Of a DNA stretch of 64,000 nt, positions 1-15,000 are shown piece after piece. Each line of letters opens with the position of its first letter. Within the stretch, counting starts at the first letter, position 1. Source of the DNA: Eledone cirrhosa (lineage: Eukaryota); the NCBI GenBank assembly GCA_964016885.1, contig OZ024745.1, positions 12,338,001 through 12,402,000 of the forward strand, given 5' to 3'. The position numbers and the translations under genes were made by a program. Below the pieces are notes generated by a model. That model worked only from the letters and a program-made list of their open reading frames with translations, did not search any database and was not told the origin of the DNA.

Positions 1-3000
1 ATCTCTCTAGTGGACTGTAACTCACCAATATTGAAGTATGTCATCCCTCTAGTGGACTGTAACTCACCAATATTGAAGTATGTCATCTCTCTAGTAGATT
101 GTACCTCACCAATACTGAAGTATGTCATCTCTCTAGTAGACTGTAACTCACCAATATTGAAGTATGTCATCTCTCTAGTAGACTGTAACTCACCAATATT
201 GAAGTATGTCATCTCTCTAGTAGACTGTAACTCACCAATATTGAAGTATGTCATCTCTCTAGTGGACTGTAACTCACCAATATTGAAGTATGTCATCCCT
301 CTAGTGGACTGTAACTCACAAATATTGAAGTATGTCATCTCTCTAGTAGACTGTAACTCACCAATATTGAAGTATGTCATCTCTCTACCAGACTGTAACT
401 CACCAATATTGAAGTATGTCATCTCACTAGTAGACTGTAACTCACCAATATTGAAGTATGTCATCTCACTAGTGGACAGTAACTCACCAATATTGAAGTA
501 TGTCATCTCACTAGTGGACTGTAACTCACCAATATTGAAGTATGTCATCTCACTAGTAGACTGTAATTCACCAATATTGAAGTATGTCATCTCTCTAACA
601 GACTGTAACTCACCAATATTGAAGTATGTCATCTCTCTAGTGGACGGTAACTCACCAATAAGGAAATATGTCATCTCTCTAACAGTCTGTAACTCGCCAA
701 TACTGAAGTATGTCATCTCTCTAGTAGACTGTAACTCACCAATATTGAAGTATGTCATCTCTCTAGTAGACTGTAACTCACCAATATTGAAGTATGTCAT
801 CTCTCTAGTAGACTGTAACTCACCAATATTGAAGTATGTCATCTCTCTAGTGGACTGTAACTCACCAATATTGAAGTATGTCATCTCTCTAACAGACTGT
901 AACTCACCAATACTGAAGTATGTCATCTCTCTAGTAGACTGTAACTCACCAATATTGAAGTATGTCATCTCTCTAGTAGACTGTAACTCACCAATATTGA
1001 AGTATGTCATCTCTCTAGTAGACTGTAACTCACCTATATTGAAGTATGTCATCTCTCTAGTGGACTGTAACTCACCAATATTGAAGTATGTCATCCCTCT
1101 AGTGGACTGTAACTCACCAATATTGAAGTATGTCATCTCTCTAGTAGACTGTAACTCACCAATATTGAAGTATGTCATCTCTCTAACAGACTGTAACTCA
1201 CCAATACTGAAGTATGTCATCTCTCTAGTAGACTGTAATTCACCAATATTGAAGTATGTTATCTCTCTAGTAGACTGTAACTCACCAATATTGAAGTATG
1301 TCATCTCTCTAGTGGACTGTACCTCACCAATATTGAAGTATGTCATCCCTCTAGTGGACTGTAACTCACCAATATTGAAGTATGTCATCTCTCTAGTAGA
1401 TTGTACCTCACCAATACTGAAGTATGTCATATCTCTAGTAGACTGTAACTCACCAATATTGAAGTATGTCATCTCTCTAGTAGACTGTAACTCACCAATA
1501 TTGAAGTATGTCATCTCTCTAGTAGACTGTAACTCACCAATATTGAAGTATGTCATCTCTCTAGTAGACTGTACCTCACCAATATTGAAGTATGTCATCT
1601 TTCTAGTAGACTGTAACTCACCAATATTGAAGTATGTCATCTCTCTAATAGACTGTAACTCACCAATATTGAAGTATGTCATCTCTCTGGTAGACTGTAA
1701 CTCTCCAATATTGAAGTATGTCATCTCTCTAGTGGACTGTAACTCACCAATACCGAAGTATGTCATCTCTCTAACAGACTGTAACTCACCAATATTGAAG
1801 TATGTCATCTCTCTAGTGGACTGTAACTCACCAATATTGAAGTATGTCATCTCTCTAGTAGATTGTACCTCACCAATACTGAAGTATGTCATCTCTCTAG
1901 TAGACTGTAACTCACCAATATTGAAGTATGTCATCTCTCTAGTAGACTGTAACTCACCAATATTGAAGTATGTCATCTCTCTAGTAGACTGTAACTCACC
2001 AATATTGAAGTATGTCATCTCTCTAGTAGACTGTACCTCACCAATATTGAAGTATGTCATCTCTCTAGTAGACTGTAACTCACCAATATTGAAGTATGTC
2101 ATCTCTCTAATAGACTGTAACTCACCAATATTGAAGTATGTCATCTCTCTGGTAGACTGTAACTCTCCAATATTGAAGTATGTCATCTCTCTAGTGGACT
2201 GTAACTCACCAATACCGAAGTATGTCATCTCTCTAACAGACTGTAACTCACCAATATTGAAGTATGTCATCTCTCTAGTGGACTGTAACTCACCAATATT
2301 GAAGTATGTCATCTCTCTAACAGTCTGTAACTCACCAATACTGAAGTATGTCATCTCTCTAGTAGACTGTAACTCACCAATATTGAAGTATGTCATCTCT
2401 CTAGTAGACTGTAACTCACCAATATTGAAGTATGTCATCTCTCTAGTAGACTGTAACTCACCAATATTGAAGTATGTCATCTCTCTAGTGGACTGTAACT
2501 CACCAATATTGAAGTATGTCATCTCTCTAACAGACTGTAACTCACCAATACTGAAGTATGTCATCTCTCTAGTAGACTGTACCTCACCAATATTGAAGTA
2601 TGTCATCTCTCTAGTAGACTGTAACTCACCAATATTGAAGTATGTCATCTCTCTAGTAGACTGTAACTCACCAATATTGAAGTATGTCATCTCTCTAGTG
2701 GACTGTAACTCACCAATATTGAAGTATGTCATCCCTCTAGTGGACTGTAACTCACCAATATTGAAGTATGGCATCTCTCTAGTAGACTGTAACTCACTAA
2801 TATTGAAGCATGTCATCTCTCTAACAGACTGTAACTCACCAATATTGAAGTATGTCATCTCTCTAGTAGACTGTAACTCACCAATATTGAAGTATGTCAT
2901 CTCTCTAGTAGACTGTAACTCACCAATATTGAAGTATGTCACCTCTCTAGTGGACTGTAACTCACCAATATTGAAGTATGTCATCTCTCTAGTGGACTGT

Positions 3001-6000
3001 AACTCACCAATATTGAAGTATGTCATCTCTCTAACAGACTGTAACTCACCAATATTGAAGTATGTCATCTCTCTAACAGACTGTAACTCACCAATATTGA
3101 AGTATGTCATCTCGCTAGTAGACTGTAACTCACCAATATTGAAGTATGTCATCTCTCTAGTAGACTGTAGCTCACCAATATTGAAGGATGTCATCTTTCT
3201 AGTAGACTGTAACTCACCAATATTGAAGTATGTCATCTCACTAGTGGACTGTAACTCACCAATATTGAAGTATGTCATCTCTCTAGTGGACTGTAACTCA
3301 CCAATATTGAAGTATGTCATCTCTCTAACAGACTGTAACTCACCAATACTGAAGTATGTCATCTCTCTAGTAGACTGTAACTCACCAATATTGAAGTATG
3401 TCATCTCTCTAGTAGACTGTAACTCACCAATATTGAAGTATGTCATCTCACTAGTGGATTGTAACTCACCAATATTGAAGTATGTCATCTCTCTATAAAA
3501 CTGTAACTCACCAATATTGAAGTATGTCATCTCTCTAGTAGACTGTAACTCACCAATATTGAAGTATGTCATCTCTCTAACAGACTGTAACTCACCAATA
3601 TTGAAGTATGTCATCTCGCTAGTAGACTGTAACTCACCAATATTGAAGTATGTCATCTCTCTAGTAGACTGTAACTCACCAATATTGAAGGATGTCATCT
3701 TTCTAGTAGACTGTAACTCACCAATATTGAAGTATGTCATCTCTCTAGTGGACTGTAACTCACCAATATTGAAGTATGTCATCCCTCTAGTGGACTGTAA
3801 ATCACCAATATTGAAGTATGTCATCTCTCTAGTAGATTGTACCTCACCAATACTGAAGTATGTCATCTCTCTAGTAGACTGTAACTCACCAATATTGAAG
3901 TATGTCATCTCTCTAGTAGACTGTAACTCACCAATATTGAAGTATGTCATCTCTCTAGTGGACTGTAACTCACCAATATTGAAGTATGTCATCTCTCTAT
4001 AAAACTGTAACTCACCAATATTGAAGTATGTCATCTCTCTAGTAGACTGTAACTCACCAATATTGAAGTATGTCATCTCACTAGTGGACTGTAACTCACC
4101 AATATTGAAGTATATCAGCTCTCTAGTGGACTGTAACTCACCAATATTGAAGTATGTCATCTCTCTAACAGACTGTAACTCACCAATACTGAAGTATGTC
4201 ATCTCTCTAGTAGACTGTAACTCACCAATATTGAAGTATGTCATCTCTCTAGTAGACTGTAACTCACCAATATTGAAGTATGTCATCTCACTAGTGGATT
4301 GTAACTCACCAATATTGAAGTATGTCATCTCTCTAGTAGACTGTAACTCACCAATATTGAAGTATGTCATCTCTCTAGTAGAATTTAACTCACCAATATT
4401 GAAGTATGTCATCTCTCTAACAGACTGTAACTCACCAATACTGAAGTATGTCATCTCTCTAGTAGACTGTAATTCAACAATATTGAAGTATGTCATCTCT
4501 CTAGTAGACTGTAACTCACCAATATTGAAGTATGTCATCTCTCTAGTGGACTGTAACTCACCAATATTGAAGTATGTCATCCCTCTAGTGGACTGTAACT
4601 CACCAATATTGAAGTATGTCATCTCTCTAGTAGATTGTACCTCACCAATACTGAAGTATGTCATCTCTCTAGTAGACTGTAACTCACCAATATTGAAGTA
4701 TGTCATCTCTCTAGTAGACTGTAACTCACCAATATTGAAGTATGTCATCTCTCTAGTAGACTGTAACTCACCAATATTGAAGTATGTCATCTCTCTAGTG
4801 GACTGTAACTCACCAATATTGAAGTATGTCATCCCTCTAGTGGACTGTAACTCACAAATATTGAAGTATGTCATCTCTCTAGTAGACTGTAACTCACCAA
4901 TATTGAAGTATGTCATCTCTCTACCAGACTGTAACTCACCAATATTGAAGTATGTCATCTCACTAGTAGACTGTAACTCACCAATATTGAAGTATGTCAT
5001 CTCACTAGTGGACAGTAACTCACCAATATTGAAGTATGTCATCTCACTAGTGGACTGTAACTCACCAATATTGAAGTATGTCATCTCACTAGTAGACTGT
5101 AATTCACCAATATTGAAGTATGTCATCTCTCTAACAGACTGTAACTCACCAATATTGAAGTATGTCATCTCTCTAGTGGACGGTAACTCACCAATAAGGA
5201 AATATGTCATCTCTCTAACAGTCTGTAACTCGCCAATACTGAAGTATGTCATCTCTCTAGTAGACTGTAACTCACCAATATTGAAGTATGTCATCTCTCT
5301 AGTAGACTGTAACTCACCAATATTGAAGTATGTCATCTCTCTAGTAGACTGTAACTCACCAATATTGAAGTATGTCATCTCTCTAGTGGACTGTAACTCA
5401 CCAATATTGAAGTATGTCATCTCTCTAACAGACTGTAACTCACCAATACTGAAGTATGTCATCTCTCTAGTAGACTGTAACTCACCAATATTGAAGTATG
5501 TCATCTCTCTAGTAGACTGTAACTCACCAATATTGAAGTATGTCATCTCTCTAGTAGACTGTAACTCACCTATATTGAAGTATGTCATCTCTCTAGTGGA
5601 CTGTAACTCACCAATATTGAAGTATGTCATCCCTCTAGTGGACTGTAACTCACCAATATTGAAGTATGTCATCTCTCTAGTAGACTGTAACTCACCAATA
5701 TTGAAGTATGTCATCTCTCTAACAGACTGTAACTCACCAATACTGAAGTATGTCATCTCTCTAGTAGACTGTAATTCACCAATATTGAAGTATGTTATCT
5801 CTCTAGTAGACTGTAACTCACCAATATTGAAGTATGTCATCTCTCTAGTGGACTGTACCTCACCAATATTGAAGTATGTCATCCCTCTAGTGGACTGTAA
5901 CTCACCAATATTGAAGTATGTCATCTCTCTAGTAGATTGTACCTCACCAATACTGAAGTATGTCATCTTTCTAGTAGACTGTAACTCACCAATATTGAAG

Positions 6001-9000
6001 TATGTCATCTCTCTAATAGACTGTAACTCACCAATATTGAAGTATGTCATCTCTCTGGTAGACTGTAACTCTCCAATATTGAAGTATGTCATCTCTCTAG
6101 TGGACTGTAACTCACCAATACCGAAGTATGTCATCTCTCTAACAGACTGTAACTCACCAATATTGAAGTATGTCATCTCTCTAGTGGACTGTAACTCACC
6201 AATATTGAAGTATGTCATCTCTCTAGTAGATTGTACCTCACCAATACTGAAGTATGTCATCTCTCTAGTAGACTGTAACTCACCAATATTGAAGTATGTC
6301 ATCTCTCTAGTAGACTGTAACTCACCAATATTGAAGTATGTCATCTCTCTAGTAGACTGTAACTCACCAATATTGAAGTATGTCATCTCTCTAGTAGACT
6401 GTACCTCACCAATATTGAAGTATGTCATCTCTCTAGTAGACTGTAACTCACCAATATTGAAGTATGTCATCTCTCTAATAGACTGTAACTCACCAATATT
6501 GAAGTATGTCATCTCTCTGGTAGACTGTAACTCTCCAATATTGAAGTATGTCATCTCTCTAGTGGACTGTAACTCACCAATACCGAAGTATGTCATCTCT
6601 CTAACAGACTGTAACTCACCAATATTGAAGTATGTCATCTCTCTAGTGGACTGTAACTCACCAATATTGAAGTATGTCATCTCTCTAACAGACTGTAACT
6701 CACCAATACTGAAGTATGTCATCTCTCTAGTAGACTGTAACTCACCAATATTGAAGTATGTCATCTCTCTAGTAGACTGTAACTCACCAATATTGAAGTA
6801 TGTCATCTCACTAGTGGATTGTAACTCACCAATATTGAAGTATGTCATCTCTCTAGTAGACTGTAACTCACCAATAATGAAGTATGTCATCTCTCTAGTG
6901 GACTGTAACTCACCAATATTGAAGTATGTCATCTCTCTATAAAACTGTAACTCACCAATATTGAAGTATGTCATCTCTCTAGTAGACTGTAACTCACCAA
7001 TATTGAAGTATGTCATCTCTCTAGTGGAGTGTAACTCACCAATATTGAAGTATGTCATCTCTCTAGTGGACTGTAACTCACCAATATTGAAGTATGTCAT
7101 CTCTCTAACAGACTGTAACTCACCAATATTGAAGTATGTCATCTCTCTAGTAGACTGTAACTCACCAATATTGAAGTATGTCATCTCTCTAACAGACTGT
7201 AACTCACCAATACTGAAGTATGTCATCTCTCTAGTAGACTGTAACTCACCAATATTGAAGTATGTCATCTCTCTAGTAGACTGTAACTCACCAATATTGA
7301 AGTATGTCATCTCTCTAGTAGACTGTAACTCACCAATATTGAAGTATGTCATCTCTCTAGTAGACTGTAACTCACCAATATTGAAGTATGACATCTCTCT
7401 AGTAGACTGTAACTCACCAATATTGAAGTATGTCATCTCTCTAGTAGACTGTAACTCACCAATATTGAAGTATGTCATCTCTCTAGTAGACTGTAACTCA
7501 CCAATATTGAAGTATGTCATCTCTCTAACAGACTGTAACTCACCAATATTGAAGTATGTCATCTCTCTAGTAGACTGTAACTCACCAATATTGAAGTATG
7601 TCATCTCTCTAGTAGACTGTAACTCACCAATATTGAAGTATGTCATCTCACTAGTGGACTGTAACTCACCAATATTGAAGTATGTCATGTTCTAGTAGAC
7701 TGTAACTCACCAATATTGAAGTATGTCATCTCTCTAGTAGACTGTAACTCACCAATATTGAAGTATGTCATCTCTCTAGTGGAATGTAACTCACCAATAT
7801 TGAAGTATGTCATCTCACTAGTGGACTGTAACTCACCAATATTGAAGTATGTCATCTCACTAGTGGACTGTAACTCACCAATATTGAAGTATGTCATCTC
7901 TCTAGTAGACTGTAACTCACCAATATTGAAGTATGTCATCTCTCTAGCAGACTGTAACTAACCAATATTGAACTATGTCATCTCTCTGGTAGACTGTAAC
8001 TCACCAATATTGAAGTATGTCATCTCTCTAACAGACTGTAACTCACCAATATTGAAGTATGTCATCTCTCTAGTGGACTGTAACTCACCAATATTGAAGT
8101 ATGTCATCTCTCTAGTAGACTGTAACTCACCAATATTGAAGTATGTCATCTCTGTAGTAGACTGTAACTCTCCCATATTGAAGTATGTAATCTCACTAGT
8201 GGACTGTAACTCACCAATATTGAAGTATGTCATCTCTCTAGTAGACTGTAACTCACCAATATTGAAGTATGTCATCTCTCTAGCAGACTGTAACTCACCA
8301 ATATTGAACTATGTCATCTCTCTAGTAGACTGTAACTCACCAATATTGAAGTATGTCATCTCTCTAGTAGACTGTAACTCACCAATATTGAAGTTTGTCA
8401 TCTCTCTAGTGGAATATAAATCACCAATATTGAAGTATGGCATCTCTCTAGTAGACTGTAACTCACCAATATTGAAGTATGTCATCTCTCTAACAGACTG
8501 TAACTCACCAATATTGAAGTATGTCATCTCTCTAGTGGACGGTAACTCACCAATATTGAAGTATGTCATCTCTCTAACAGTCTGTAACTCACCAATACTG
8601 AAGTATGTCATCTCTCTAATAGACTGTAACTCACCAATATTGAAGTATGTCATCTCTCTAGTAGACTGTAACTCACCAATATTGAAGTATGTCATCTCTC
8701 TAGCAGACTGTAACTCACCAATATTGAAGTATGTCCTCTCTCTAGAGGACTTTAACTCACCAATATTGAAGTATGTCATCTCTCTAACAGACTGTAACTC
8801 ACCAATACTGAAGTATGTCATCTCTCTAGTAGACTGTAATTCACCAATATTGAAGTATGTCATCTCTCTAGTATACTGTAACTCACCAATATTGAAGTAT
8901 GTCATCTCTCTAGTAGACTGTAACTCACCAATATTGAAGTATGTCATCTCTCTAGTGGACTGTAACTCACCAATATTGAAGTATGTCATCCCTCTAGTGG

Positions 9001-12000
9001 ACTGTAACTCACCAATATTGAAGTATGTCATCTCTCTACTAGACTGTAACTCACCAATATTGAAGTATGTCATCTCTCTAGTAGACTGTAACTCACCAAT
9101 ATTGAAGTATGTCATCTCTCTAACAGACTGTAACTCACCAATACTGAAGTACGTCATCTCTCTAGTAGACTGTAATTCACCAATATTGAAGTATGTCATC
9201 TCTCTAGTAGACTGTAACTCACCAATATTGAAGTATGTCATCTCTCTAGTGGACTGTAACTCACCAATATTGAAGTATGTCATCCCTCTAGTGGACTGTA
9301 ACTCACCAATATTGAATTATGTCATCTCTCTAGTAGATTGTACCTCACCAATACTGAAGTATGTCATATCTCTAGTAGACTGTAACTCACCAATATTGAA
9401 GTATGTCATCTCTCTAGTAGACTGTAACTCACCAATATTGAAGTATGTCATCTCTCTAGTAGACTGTACCTCACCAATATTGAAGTATGTCATCTCTCTA
9501 GTAGACTGTAACTCACCAATATTGAAGTATGTCATCTCTCTAATAGACTGTAACTCACCAATATTGAAGTATGTCATCTCTCTGGTAGACTGTAACTCTC
9601 CAATATTGAAGTATGTCATCTCTCTAGTGGACTGTAACTCACCAATACCGAAGTATGTCATCTCTCTAACAGACTGTAACTCACCAATATTGAAGTATGT
9701 CATCTCTCTAGTGGACTGTAACTCACCAATATTGAAGTATGTCATCTCTCTAGTAGATTGTACCTCACCAATACTGAAGTATGTCATCTCTCTAGTAGAC
9801 TGTAACTCACCAATATTGAAGTATGTCATCTCTCTAGTAGACTGTAACTCACCAATATTGAAGTATGTCATCTCTCTAGTAGACTGTAACTCACCAATAT
9901 TGAAGTATGTCATCTCTCTAGTAGACTGTACCTCACCAATATTGAAGTATGTCATCTCTCTAGTAGACTGTAACTCACCAATATTGAAGTATGTCATCTC
10001 TCTAATAGACTGTAACTCACCAATATTGAAGTATGTCATCTCTCTGGTAGACTGTAACTCTCCAATATTGAAGTATGTCATCTCTCTAGTGGACTGTAAC
10101 TCACCAATACCGAAGTATGTCATCTCTCTAACAGACTGTAACTCACCAATATTGAAGTATGTCATCTCTCTAGTGGACTGTAACTCACCAATATTGAAGT
10201 ATGTCATCTCTCTAACAGTCTGTAACTCACCAATACTGAAGTATGTCATCTCTCTAGTAGACTGTAACTCACCAATATTGAAGTATGTCATCTCTCTAGT
10301 AGACTGTAACTCACCAATATTGAAGTATGTCATCTCTCTAGTAGACTGTAACTCACCAATATTGAAGTATGTCATCTCTCTAGTGGACTGTAACTCACCA
10401 ATATTGAAGTATGTCATCTCTCTAACAGACTGTAACTCACCAATACTGAAGTATGTCATCTCTCTAGTAGACTGTACCTCACCAATATTGAAGTATGTCA
10501 TCTCTCTAGTAGACTGAAACTCACCAATATTGAAGTATGTCATCTCTCTAGTAGACTGTAACTCACCAATATTGAAGTATGTCATCTCTCTAGTGGACTG
10601 TAACTCACCAATATTGAAGTATGTCATCCCTCTAGTGGACTGTAACTCACCAATATTGAAGTATGGCATCTCTCTAGTAGACTGTAACTCACCAATATTG
10701 AAGCATGTCATCTCTCTAACAGACTGTAACTCACCAATATTGAAGTATGTCATCTCTCTAGTAGACTGTAACTCACCAATATTGAAGTATGTCATCTCTC
10801 TAGTAGACTGTAACTCACCAATATTGAAGTATGTCACCTCTCTAGTGGACTGTAACTCACCAATATTGAAGTATGTCATCTCTCTAGTGGACTGTAACTC
10901 ACCAATATTGAAGTATGTCATCTCTCTAACAGACTGTAACTCACCAATATTGAAGTATGTCATCTCTCTAACAGACTGTAACTCACCAATATTGAAGTAT
11001 GTCATCTCGCTAGTAGACTGTAACTCACCAATATTGAAGTATGTCATCTCTCTAGTAGACTGTAGCTCACCAATATTGAAGGATGTCATCTTTCTAGTAG
11101 ACTGTAACTCACCAATATTGAAGTATGTCATCTCACTAGTGGACTGTAACTCACCAATATTGAAGTATGTCATCTCTCTAGTGGACTGTAACTCACCAAT
11201 ATTGAAGTATGTCATCTCTCTAACAGACTGTAACTCACCAATACTGAAGTATGTCATCTCTCTAGTAGACTGTAACTCACCAATATTGAAGTATGTCATC
11301 TCTCTAGTAGACTGTAACTCACCAATATTGAAGTATGTCATCTCACTAGTGGATTGTAACTCACCAATATTGAAGTATGTCATCTCTCTAGTAGACTGTA
11401 ACTCACCAATAATGAAGTATGTCATCTCTCTAGTGGACTGTAACTCACCAATATTGAAGTATGTCATCTCTCTATAAAACTGTAACTCACCAATATTGAA
11501 GTATGTCATCTCTCTAGTAGACTGTAACTCACCAATATTGAAGTATGTCATCTCTCTAGTGGAGTGTAACTCACCAATATTGAAGTATGTCATCTCTCTA
11601 GTGGACTGTAACTCACCAATATTGAAGTATGTCATCTCTCTAACAGACTGTAACTCACCAATATTGAAGTATGTCATCTCTCTAGTAGACTGTAACTCAC
11701 CAATATTGAAGTATGTCATCTCTCTAACAGACTGTAACTCACCAATACTGAAGTATGTCATCTCTCTAGTAGATTGTAACTCACCAATATTGAAGTATGT
11801 CATCTCTCTAGTAGACTGTAACTCACCAATATTGAAGTATGTCATCTCTCTAGTAGACTGTAACTCACCAATATTGAAGTATGTCATCTCTCTAGTAGAC
11901 TGTAACTCACCAATATTGAAGTATGTCATCTCTCTAGTAGACTGTAACTCACCAATATTGAAGTATGTCATCTCTCTAGTGGAATGTAACTCTCCAATAT

Positions 12001-15000
12001 TGAAGTATGTCATCTCTCTAGTAGACTGTAACTCACCAATATTGAAGTATGTCATCTATCTAGTAGACTGTAACTCACCAATATTGAAGTATGTCATCTC
12101 TCTAACAGACTGTAACTCACCAATATTGAAGTATGCCATCTCTCTAGTAGACTGTAACTCACCAATATTGAAGTATGTCATCTCTCTAGTAGACTGTAAC
12201 TCACCAATATTGAAGTATGTCATCTCACTAGTGGACTGTAACTCACCAATATTGAAGTATGTCATGTTCTAGTAGACTGTAACTCACCAATATTGAAGTA
12301 TATCATCTCTCTAGTGGAATGTAACTCACCAATATTGAAGTATGTCATCTCACTAGTGGACTGTAACTCACCAATATTGAAGTATGTCATCTCACTAGTG
12401 GACTGTAACTCACCAATATTGAAGTATGTCATCTCTCTAGTAGACTGTAACTCACCAATATTGAAGTATGTCATCTCTCTAGCAGACTGTAACTAACCAA
12501 TATTGAACTATGTCATCTCTCTGGTAGACTGTAACTCACCAATATTGAAGTATGTCATCTCTCTAACAGACTGTAACTCACCAATATTGAAGTATGTCAT
12601 CTCTCTAGTGGACTGTAACTCACCAATATTGAAGTATGTCATCTCTCTAGTAGACTGTAACTCACCAATATTGAAGTATGTCATCTCTCTAGTAGACTGT
12701 AACTCTCCCATATTGAAGTATGTAATCTCACTAGTGGACTGTAACTCACCAATATTGAAGTATGTCATCTCTCTAGTAGACTGTAACTCACCAATATTGA
12801 AGTATGTCATCTCTCTAGCAGACTGTAACTCACCAATATTGAACTATGTCATCTCTCTAGTAGACTGTAACTCACCAATATTGAAGTATGTCATCTCTCT
12901 AGTAGACTGTAACTCACCAATATTGAAGTTTGTCATCTCTCTAGTGGTCTATAAATCACCAATATTGAAGTATGGCATCTCTCTAGTAGACTGTAACTCA
13001 CCAATATTGAAGTATGTCATCTCTCTAACAGACTGTAACTCACCAATATTGAAGTATGTCATCTCTCTAGTGGACGGTAACTCACCAATATTGAAGTATG
13101 TCATCTCTCTAACAGTCTGTAACTCACCAATACTGAAGTATGTCTTCTCTCTAATAGACTGTAACTCACCAATATTGAAGTATGTCATCTCTCTAGTAGA
13201 CTGTAACTCACCAATATTGAAGTATGTCATCTCTCTAGCAGACTGTAACTCACCAATATTGAAGTATGTCCTCTCTCTAGAGGACTTTAACTCACCAATA
13301 TTGAAGTATGTCATCTCTCTAACAGACTGTAACTCACCAATACTGAAGTATGTCATCTCTCTAGTAGACTGTAATTCACCAATATTGAAGTATGTCATCT
13401 CTCTAGTATACTGTAACTCACCAATATTGAAGTATGTCATCTCTCTAGTAGACTGTAACTCACCAATATTGAAGTATGTCATCTCTCTAGTGGACTGTAA
13501 CTCACCAATATTGAAGTATGTCATCCCTCTAGTGGACTGTAACTCACCAATATTGAAGTATGTCATCTCTCTACTAGACTGTAACTCACCAATATTGAAG
13601 TATGTCATCTCTCTAGTAGACTGTAACTCACCAATATTGAAGTATGTCATCTCTCTAACAGACTGTAACTCACCAATACTGAAGTACGTCATCTCTCTAG
13701 TAGACTGTAATTCACCAATATTGAAGTATGTCATCTCTCTAGTAGACTGTAACTCACCAATATTGAAGTATGTCATCTCTCTAGTGGACTGTAACTCACC
13801 AATATTGAAGTATGTCATCCCTCTAGTGGACTGTAACTCACCAATATTGAATTATGTCATCTCTCTAGTAGATTGTACCTCACCAATACTGAAGTATGTC
13901 ATCTCTCTAGTAGACTGTAACTCACCAATATTGAAGTATGTCATCTCTCTAGTAGACTGTAACTCACCAATATTGAAGTATGTCATCTCTCTAGTAGACT
14001 GTAACTCACCAATATTGAAGTATGTCATCTCTCTAGTGGACTGTAACTCACCAATATTGAAGTATGTCATCCCTCTAGTGGACTGTAACTCACAAATATT
14101 GAAGTATGTCATCTCTCTAGTAGACTGTACCTCACCAATATTGAAGTATGTCATCTCTCTAGTAGACTGTAACTCACCAATATTGAAGTATGTCATCTCT
14201 CTAGTAGACTGTAACTCACCAATATTGAAGTATGTCATCTCTCTACCAGACTGTAACTCACCAATATTGAAGTATGTCATCTCACTAGTAGACTGTAACT
14301 CACCAATATTGAAGTATGTCATCTCACTAGTGGACTGTAACTCACCAATATTGAAGTATGTCATCTCAGTAGTGGACTGTAACTCACCAATATTGAAGTA
14401 TGTCATCTCTCTAGTAGACTGTAACTCACCAATATTGAAGTATGTCATCTCTCTAACAGACTGTAACTCACCAATATTGAAGTATGTCATCTCTCTAGTG
14501 GACGGTAACTCACCAATATTGAAGTATGTCATCTCTCTAACAGTCTGTAACTCACCAATACTGAAGTATGTCATCTCTCTAGTAGACTGTAACTCACCAA
14601 TATTGAAGTATGTCATCTCTCTAGTAGACTGTAACTCACCAATATTGAAGTATGTCATCTCTCTAGTAGACTGTAACTCACCAATATTGAAGTATGTCAT
14701 CTCTCTAGTGGACTGTAACTCACCAATATTGAAGTATGTCATCTCTCTAACAGACTGTAACTCACCAATACTGAAGTATGTCATCTCTCTAGTAGACTGT
14801 AACTCACCAATATTGAAGTATGTCATCTCTCTAGTAGACTGTAACTCACCAATATTGAAGTATGTCATCTCTCTAGTAGACTGTAACTCACCAATATTGA
14901 AGTATGTCATCTCTCTAGTGGACTGTAACTCACCAATATTGAAGTATGTCATCCCTCTAGTGGACTGTAACTCACCAATATTGAAGTATGTCATCTCTCT